Assembly: GCA_030141605.1 (NCBI GenBank)
Contig: JAQGDQ010001117.1
Coordinates: 1-61,666, forward strand
Length of the DNA: 61,666 bases
From: Tubiluchus corallicola
Lineage: Eukaryota; Animalia; Priapulida
Direction: 5' to 3'
Under the pieces are notes generated by a model, which searched no databases, had not been told where the DNA came from, and saw only the letters and a program-made list of their open reading frames with translations. The stretch's first letter is position 1. Each line of letters begins with the position of its first letter. Both the position numbers and the translations under genes were made by a program. This document shows, in pieces, positions 52,942 to 61,666 of the stretch.

Positions 52942-55900
52942 ATGTTTCCTGATTTGCTAAGAGCTGCTTTCTGTTTACTGTGTTTTGGTTTGAGTCTTTT
53001 CGACTGTGGTGTAATTAACAATTATGACGATTTGAGAACAGAATGCTCAGAGTGGACTGAATGGCTTCCTTGTACTAGGACATGCGGAGGCGGAAAACAA
53101 TTGAGGTAATATTTTGTTTGCAAACTAGTCTAGAATGCGAAGCATAGTAGCAACGACAGGAAAAAATGACACAAACGAAAAAGCAAGCAAAAAATATACA
53201 GGAAAAATAGCACGGGAAAAACTGACATGGGAAAAAATGGCACAAATGTGAAAGTAGGTAAATATGGTATATTAATAAAATGGCACAAATGAAAAAGTAG
53301 GTAAATATGGTACAAGAAAAAATGGCACAAATGGGAAAGTAGGTAAACACGGTACAGGAAAAACTGGCACAAGTGAGAAAGTAGGTTAACGTGGAACAGG
53401 AAAATTTGCCCCACAAATGGGAAACTAGGTAAATATGGTAGAGAAAAAAAATAGCACAAATGGGGAAGTACGTAAACACGGTACAGGAAAAAATGGCACA
53501 TATGTTATTTTAATGCAATTGATTTTTATAATAAAATTGGAATGCGCTCAGTAGAAAGGAGATCTCTGCCAAAATCAAAAAAATCTTAAACTTCTTCGTC
53601 TGATTTTTTTAACTAAAAGTATAAAACAAAGATAAACAAGCAAACATACAGAAGTGTTCCTGTATTGGTATGCGTAGTCGTAATAAATGTATTGTCTGTG
53701 TTATTTTTTTATTTGATGTTAAGTGCTATCTTTTATGTATATATTTGTTTGTGTCAATGTCTGTTCTAATCCTGTAATTTTAATTTTTTCTAGATAATTT
53801 TGTACTTTTTTGTGTTTTTATTGTGAATTATATGTTCGAAATAAGTAATACGTACATATACACGCAAGCACACACACACACGCACGCATGTGCGCGCACA
53901 CACACACACACTCGAGTCCCAGTGTTCAAAAAGTACAAATAAACATGAAATTACTAATATTCTAAATAGTGATAGAGACAGATTTATAACTTGACATTTT
54001 TAAAATTTGCAAATGATGCTTTTCTATCTTCAGTAGATAGTTTGCAAAACATGTGATAATAGCAATCCAAATTACAATAAGACATAGCAATGCATTTTAT
54101 AGCAATAAGATAGACATGACGGTGTTAAAAAGTCATAATGAAATTTTCAGATCAAGAGTGTGCAATGACGCAAGGGAGCAGGAATTGCGTCATTGTGGTC
54201 AGGTTTGTCTCTATGAAGGCATCTTTGTCGATGGCCGCTGTCAATGTGTTCCAGGGCGAAGTGGAGGATGTTGTGAAACGGTTGTCGAAACAACTGGGGA
54301 AAAACCTGGTTGGTAGTTGTTTACATATCGGTAGTAAGATACATATTTTATGTGGTTGTAAATAACAGCAGCGCTAGCGCAGAAGTGGCAGGCAGGCAGC
54401 AGCAGCGGTGGCGGTAGCAGCAGCAGTAGTGGCAGTGACAGCAAAAGCAATTGTGATAGCAACGGAGGTTCTTGAAAAAACTCTTGAGCAGTGTCCTTAT
54501 CATCTCATCTGATTCTCTTACTCTCTTATTATCTTAAAACCTCTTATTAAAACTTTATTGATATGCCAAAGGTTGTGACATTCGACATTTTGACATCCCA
54601 CATTAGTAATCCGGTTGCATGCATGGCTTCTTATAGTCGACTTCTGATATTCAGTATTGAAATTGCTTTCAAAATTGTTTAACATTGACAAACTTTTGAG
54701 TTTCTTTTACAAACTTCATGGTGATTAAAAGCTATTTGGTGGTTAAAACTGTTTGATAATAAATGTACTTTTCTCAACATGGGGCAATGAAAACTTTGCA
54801 AGACCTACACTAATGTCATAGGTCCTTGCCAAAAGACGAGTTGGCTGCTGAAGCTGAATATTCAGTACTCGTTATTAAATTATTTTCAGAAATAAAACAC
54901 TGCATGTCTTGCATTAACGATCAGACAGATAGATACATAGATTACTCAATAAAAATATTATTAAACAGTTTTGATTATGTGAACCTAGGGCAGTTCTATA
55001 ATGAATTTCGAACATCAAATCCATGTAACAGGCGAGAACATTTAGTTCCCTTTCGTCGTTCCCAGTAAAAATAAAAATACGTTTTTTTTGTTATTTAGAG
55101 CGAATGAGAACAGTCAATTATCCATGTGAGGATGGCGATTACACGGTAATAACAAACCAAGAGAAACGAAGTGCCGCTTATGAACCCATACCTGGGCAGG
55201 ATCTACTCTACTGTGACATCAATCTAGTGTAAACACCAGTAGTTTTCTCTCATTAACCTAATTAACTAATTCTTTCATTCATTCATTATGTGAAGTTGAA
55301 ATGTGGATCTACAGAACATTTTGTAACTTATAAGCCATATAAGTTTGTTTTGGTACTTGTGTTGTTGAGCCATCTTAAGTAGAATTCTATAATGGAACAC
55401 TGAACACAACAAATTTGTTTCTTATTTTCTATCAAATTTTAAAATATTTTGAAGATTTATGTTGTAACTTGTCTGTCTTTTTATTATTTATCGCTATTTT
55501 CTCCTAATTATTGATGTATTGAAGGTAAATATAAATCTACTCCAGCCTGATCACAAGGATCACAATGCTTAAAGGACAGACCTTGCTTACATAACTTTTG
55601 ATAAAATATATAAAACATAAAACTTTTGTTTGCATACTTGTAAGAAGCGAAAAACCAGGTTCTCAGTCTGACAGGTAAGAATATAAACATTTGTAGCCGT
55701 TTCTTTATTATTATTTACTTGTCATACAGTACCAGTTTAAAACTTTTGTTAACAGTGAAGGATGGTATCGCTTCATCAGCTTCGCAGGGGAGTTGATGCC
55801 AGAAACCTGCGTGGAAAAATATCATTGCAACACGGTCGAACCACTCTGGCTCATGGGTAAATAAACTGTAACTTATTTAGCAAAAATGTTATTTTACGGG

Positions 55901-58900
55901 CAAAGCAAATAGGTCTATTTGTTTTTTGTTGCTGTGTTTTCCACTTTGTTTTAATGTACTGAACTGGTGTTTTGCCATTTCCTTTTGTATTTTGGTATTT
56001 GTATTTTTAACAGGTTCGAATCCCACAGAAGTAGAGGGCATTGTAGATCGCCAAGTGTGTCGAACAAGAACTGTATGCAGCAACAATAATCCAAATTGCG
56101 AGACGACGCCAATAAATATTCAAGCTAGAAACTGTGGCGAATTTACGGTTTATTATTTAAAGGGAACAGATCTCTGTCACACAGCTTACTGCATGGGTAA
56201 TATATCTTTTTACACTAAAAATTGAGCAAATTGGTTTTCTAAAGCAGTGCGAAGGCAAAAACCAAATGAACACGTAAATTATTTGCTTTTCTACTGATAT
56301 TTGTGGGACATTTCCTGAAGTCCACACAAAATTCAGTTTTTACAAAGTGCAGGACAGCCACATATATAACAGTATGTCATATTTAATGTATTATATAAGT
56401 TAAGGGGATTAAATACAGTACCTGTCTAGGTTTGCAATTATTCATCTTACTGAGATTTGCCAAAAATGAATACACTTCAATTTTGCTTTAAGATACTTAA
56501 CTGTAATTTTTTCTAGCATGAATATCAACTGTGTTGTCAACAAAACCGAGACTATTCTCTATAAAACCTCTCTAAATTTAAAATATGAACGCACACCACC
56601 AAATTTACTCTTCGGTGATATGCAGATTAAGTATGCGGACGAAACTAAAGTGTTAGGTGTTACGGTTGACAAAGAACTGAGCTTTTCTGTTCATCTAGCA
56701 GACATGAGGACAAAATCATGGAATAAATGACCAAAAATTAAGAGTTTTTGCTTTAAATATAGAGGACTAAAGCTGACTTCAATTATCAATCTAGCTAAAA
56801 CAGTGGTATTGCCCACGTTGGTATACGCAGCTTCTTGCTGGCTAGATAAACGCCTTGGATAATCTTCTGTACGACATAGTGAAAACTGCCACAGGGGTAT
56901 CTTATAATCCGCCTAAAAGGGAACTAAAAATAATACGCGGTTTCCCGCTTCTTAATGTACAATATTTTGCTGTTGCTTGTAAATTCTTGATGAAAATTTT
57001 AGGTCAGAAAGCGATTTAGCCAGGTGTGAGGTAGAGAAGATTGATACTTCGTTAATTAGCGGCCAAGCAGCTAAACACTTGATAGCAAATCATGTCGTAA
57101 AAGCAAAGTCATTTCTAAAAATCACTAAAGCTGTTGAAATTCCACGTAATCAAAAATTGGTTGATGCCTGTGTTAATCCACTAAACGTCAAATATAGTAA
57201 GTCAGAAGTTAATAAATTGTTGAAACTCTGTGGCACAGAAAGCTGCAGCATGGCAATCAGTTAGCTGGTCTGCCATGGGAAACGGTCCCAATTTTCACCG
57301 CCCCTTTAATACTACCTCTAGGAAAGTATGACAGACTTATCGAAACAAGTGCATTTAGTTTACTACTTGACAGAGGCTGTAATGCTTTTAAATATACTAT
57401 TGGTGTTAGTGATAATGCAATGTGTCAATGTAATAATGACTTTCAAACGTCACACCATTTAATCTTTGATTGTGCTTGTATAAATAATAATAATACTAGT
57501 AATAGAGAATTACTTAAAATGAAACTTAACAGAATGGATATAAATACAATATATAGAAATTGAGGTGAGTCTACTCTTAAGTTGTACATCAATATTGTGG
57601 CGGGTCGCATGATTAAACCGCCTCGGAAACCACGGGCTTCTTGAAAATGTAGTGTATTGAATGTAAAATTGCGTTTGCCAATCAGAGCTCAGTTTTCTAG
57701 GCCAATTTTCTCGAGCGTGTAACCTGTTCTCGTAGATTCGAGGGCAGCGCGTTCTGGGCCATGTTCGGCTTCGGTTTCATTTTGTTTTCTTTTCTTGGTT
57801 GCTGTTATTAAGTCAGTAGTGATTCAGTAATTTTTGGTTTAATCCCTTGGTTTGCATTTCCACTCAACGCGTAAGTGCCAGCTATAAACTGTTGCTAAGT
57901 GTCTCCTTTTACTTTTTTCTTTTCTTTTTTTATATTTTTTTTAGTTAATACACGTAGTAAATTATGAATCCTTGTTATCATAGACGACATCACAATATCA
58001 TGCGAGAACTAGTTCGTAATGCCATGATACACAATTGAGCAAACCAATTGCTATATACTTGAAAATAATTAAGTCTAATGGAAAACTGATAATAATTGTA
58101 GTAGTTTATTTATATTTATAACTTTTAAATATTTAATCCTACCTACATACAATTTACATTAATAATTTGGTTTTAAATTTTAAATAAAGTTCATAATATT
58201 TATTTTACAGACATTCGTATCAGGTGCTGTAATGAACAGTATACATTTGAGAATATTGATTGAAAATCGCAGATAACTTTATGTACATTATTGTACATAT
58301 ATATATATATATATATATAAGTAACTGTGGTAACTATAGCTATATTTTATATATTATATCTGAAGGGTATTTATGTGTTAAAAATGTATTGTACTTCTGC
58401 AAATTGAGAATAAATTAGATTTATTAGTATTATTATTTTTATTATTATATATTCTAGTGCTGTTTGGTTTCTGGCTGAAGCAGTCGTTCGTATGCTCATA
58501 CAACTTTTTAGTGCAGATAAGAATATTTTGTACATAGTCCTTCGTATATTTTATATGTTTAGGGAAAGAAAAGAAATGCCCTGATGGCCAGTCCTCGCCG
58601 ACCGGTTACACACCAGGATGTACTGGTAAGTAACACTTAGTATAGCTGACTTGAAATTCATCAAATCAAACGGTTAAGCTAAATTAACTTCATAGGATCA
58701 GTTTGTATGTAGGGCCTAAATGCACATTTGAATCAACAGTATAAAAATGTATAGGTATTGATTCCTGGAGCCTAAAAATATCAAACGAGGCTTGCTTTTT
58801 TGCAAACTAGGAATGAGCCACTCACTCACATGGTCTGCGTAATGTAGATGCTTGTAGCAAGGTTAGAAGCAAGCTAATCTTTAGGGTTATTAAAGTTAAT

Positions 58901-59676
58901 CTATCATCAGTATGATATGATGGTGGTGTCATATAGGGTGAATATATTGGGGTGTCAGTGAGGTGAAATAACCAGAGCAGTGTGAATTGCTCAGAAGCTA
59001 TTTTCCAAGCCGTTACAACTGGCAGTGATTAGGCTGATTTCTTCTTAACTACACTTCACTTGAATAAAAAACCTTCGTAAACAGATACAACTTATCACTA
59101 GAATAATTAATTGCAAGACCTCAATTTCACTGTTCAAAATTCTCATATTTCAGTGCCTTTATCTTTGTGTGCATATCCACCATCTTTTTCTGGGGCTATT
59201 TACATAAAAAAACTGTATTGGTCAGTAGTGATTATATTATAAGCATACAGGTCTACAAACTTTATAAGCCTTTACAAACATGTTACAATTTAATTGGTTA
59301 TTTGATCGCACTGCGTTAATTCCTGATTTTGTTTCACTGTGTAGATATATATATTGATATCACAAACCCGCCAAACTTATCGAATGGGCAAAGCGAAGAT
59401 GAAACTCAGATATTATTCTTCTGCGAAATCATTGACCAAGCAGAGTCTGGAGATGCAGAATATGAGGTTGAATGGCTTGTAAATGCAGTGGCAGTGCTAA
59501 AATATGTAGGTTCTCTAGAACAAATGAAGAGGACAGAACTACCAGAATTAGATGCCGATCAGAAGCCATTCTGGAAAATGGGCGACAAGATTCAATGCAG
59601 AGTAAGAGGACGAAATCAACACGAAGGCACTTTTGGACCTTTTGAAGACAGTGAAGAGTTTCTTTCTGGATTCGAT
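52942..59676 (+). CDS. Tandem paralog of the VWDE-like gene, exons 1-7 (remainder beyond window or lost)
   Basis: Exons 52942-53105, 54151-54308, 55099-55228, 55756-55856, 56014-56196, 58563-58625, 59345-59676; open frame and GT-AG sites intact; same signal peptide, TSP1, EGF, D8C-like content as copy 1. Confidence 0.88.
56517..58451 (+). mobile_element. 5'-truncated, decayed LINE inserted in intron 5 of the paralog
   Basis: KVLGVTVDKELSFSVH...VVLPTLVYAASCW (RT thumb) and CQCNNDFQTSHHLIFDC (zinc knuckle) with stops; AATAAA plus (TAT)n tail; flanked by TTCTAG (56511-56516, 58452-58457); absent from copy 1, which has a single TTCTAG. Confidence 0.85.
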
Positions 59677-60249
59677 GTGAGTTAATGTAACCTATGTCTA
59701 GTTTTAAACATTCAAACTTCAAACTAAAATGGTGTAGTAGGTTTTAAAAACGATATTGTTTGTATAATTAGATGCGCAACTTTGAGGAAATTTTTGATTT
59801 AACAGAATATTAACACTATATTATATTATACTTCTTTGTTTTTAGTAGGTAGTGTTTATCCTTTTCCGATTTCGTGTTTTAAGAGACTCAAAAGAATAAA
59901 TTATAGACAAATAACTGCTGTTTCCTGCTGTTTCTAATTATTGTTCAGCAATTTGTCTAGTAACTTAAGGTATTTGAATAACTTTTTTACGATGGCAAAC
60001 ATGAAACGGTTTAGGTATTTGCCTGAGTAGTCATGAATTTTGGCAGTGATTGTAATCGAAAACATCAACTCAGTCTTCATAGTCAATTAATATTTTGGAC
60101 TGTTGGAATGAAGCTGCAATACATTCGTCAGGTTAAATAATTATTGATATCAGTGAGCACCTGATTGTAGCATAGACCTATTATAGAAACAATAGTAAAG
60201 AAACAAATATCTGAACTTTTTTATATAATTTTCGTTTAGATTTTGGCCG

Positions 60250-60376
60250 CTTTATATAGCTGTTCCTCTGTGATAACACTTTATATAGCTGTTCCTCTGT
60301 GATAACACTTTATATAGCTGTTCCTCTGTGATAACACTTTATATAGCTGTGTGTGATAACACTTTATATAGCTGTT
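60250..60376. repeat. 29-bp tandem repeat, about 4.5 units
   Basis: Unit CTTTATATAGCTGTTCCTCTGTGATAACA at 60250, 60279, 60308, with partial units at 60337 and 60362; single unit in copy 1. Confidence 0.92.
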
Positions 60377-60460
60377 TCAAAGCATAATAACAATCAACCA
60401 GATTAAAAATAATTAATAATTTTTTTAAATGAAAGGCAATTTTAATTTATGCTGTATCAC

Positions 60461-61666
60461 ATTAACTAAAATTAATAAATAAAAAAGAAAAGAAAGAAAA
60501 AGTAAAATGAAACACTTAACAACAGTTTATAGCTGACACTAACGCGTTGAGTCGAAATGCAAACCAAGTGATTAAACCAAAAATTACTGAATCACTACTG
60601 ACTTAATAACAGCAACCAAGAAAAGAAAACAAAAATGAAACCGAAGCCGAACATGGCCAAGAACGCACTGCTCTCGAATCTACGAGAACAGGTTACACGC
60701 TCGAGAAAATTGGCCTAGAAAAACTGAACTCTGATAGGCCCACGCAATTTTACATTCAATACACTACATTTTCATGAAGCCTGTGGTTTCCGAGACGGTT
60801 TAATCCTGCGACCCGCCACAATATTGATGTACAGCTTAAGAGTAGACTCATCTCGATTTCTATATATTGAATTTATATCCATTCTGTCTAGTTTCATTTT
60901 AAGTAATTTTGTACTACTATTATTATTATTTACACAAGTACAATCAAAGATTAAATATTGTGGCGTTTGAAAGTCATTATTACACTGACACATTGCATTA
61001 TCACTAACCCTAATACTATATTTAAAATCACTACAGCCTCTGCCAAGTAGTAAACTAAACGCACTTGTTTCAATAAGTCTGTCATACTTTCCTAGAGGTA
61101 ACATTAAAGGGGCGGTGAAAATTGGTACTGTTTCCCGAAATAGACCAGCTAACTGATTACCATGCTGCAATTTTCAGTGCCACAGAATTTCAGCAAATTT
61201 ATTAACTTCTGACTTACTATACTTCAGTTTAGTGGATTAACACAGGCATCAGCCAATTTTATATTACGTGGAATTTCTATAGCTTTAGTGATGTTTAGAA
61301 CTGACTTGGCTTTTACGACATGATTTGCTGTGAAGTGGTTAGCTGCTTGGCTGCTAATTAACGAAGTATCAATCTTCTCAACCTCACACCTGGCTAAATC
61401 GCTTTCCGGTTCACCTAGAATTTTCATCAAGAATTTACAAACAATAGCAAAATATTGTACATCAAGAGGGGGAAAACCGCATATTATTTTTAGTTCCTTT
61501 TTGTGCGGATTATAAGCTACCTCTGTGGCTATATTTACTATGTCGTACAGAAGATAATCGAAGGCGTTTAATTATTTATCTAGCCAGTTAGAAGCTGCGT
61601 ATACCAATGTGGGCAATACCACTGTTTTAGCTAGATTGATAATTGAAGCGAGCTTTACTCATCTAT
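60461..61666 (-). mobile_element. Second, inverted copy of the same LINE family, running off the right edge
   Basis: Reverse complement aligns to ~56759-57949; ORFs 60772-61170 and 61224-61430 encode the same C-terminal region (CQCNNDFQTPQYLIFDC). Confidence 0.88.

Larger units (their letters stand above)
50845..60465 (+). repeat. Tandem segmental duplication unit, copy 2
   Basis: Co-linear with 23695-31960 apart from indels and TE insertions. Confidence 0.92.

Noticed and set aside
53075-53501. Cys/Phe/His-rich ORFs (also 25723-26058)
   Set aside because: Translations of the 39-40-bp minisatellite.
60250-60376. 29-bp direct repeats resembling a CRISPR array
   Set aside because: Units are contiguous with no unique spacers, in a eukaryotic intron, and no cas genes are present.

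Overview
AT-rich, intron-rich, repeat-rich eukaryotic genomic DNA, most likely from an invertebrate animal. Most short ORFs in the supplied track are noise or microsatellite translations; the real genes are spliced and I reconstructed them by hand from GT-AG boundaries and frame continuity. Contents: (1) the first five coding exons of a DEAH-box helicase gene, DHX35 (- strand, running off the left edge); (2) a degenerate rolling stone-like membrane-protein locus; (3) a single-exon 627-aa group-A bHLH transcription factor with a long Q/C-rich tail; (4) a 25-exon, ~1286-aa secreted VWDE-like mosaic protein: signal peptide, TSP1, EGF, D8C-like, VWD, C8-like, EGF, four 37-aa Cys-rich repeats each on its own 111-nt exon, and a C-terminal chitin-binding peritrophin-A domain; (5) a tandem paralog ~27.2 kb downstream, with exons 1-7 visible and exons 6-7 bracketed by two inverted copies of one LINE. 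There are also LINE fragments, hAT- and Harbinger-like MITEs with TSDs, LTR-like repeats and many micro/minisatellites. No database searches were run; family assignments rest on recognised motifs.
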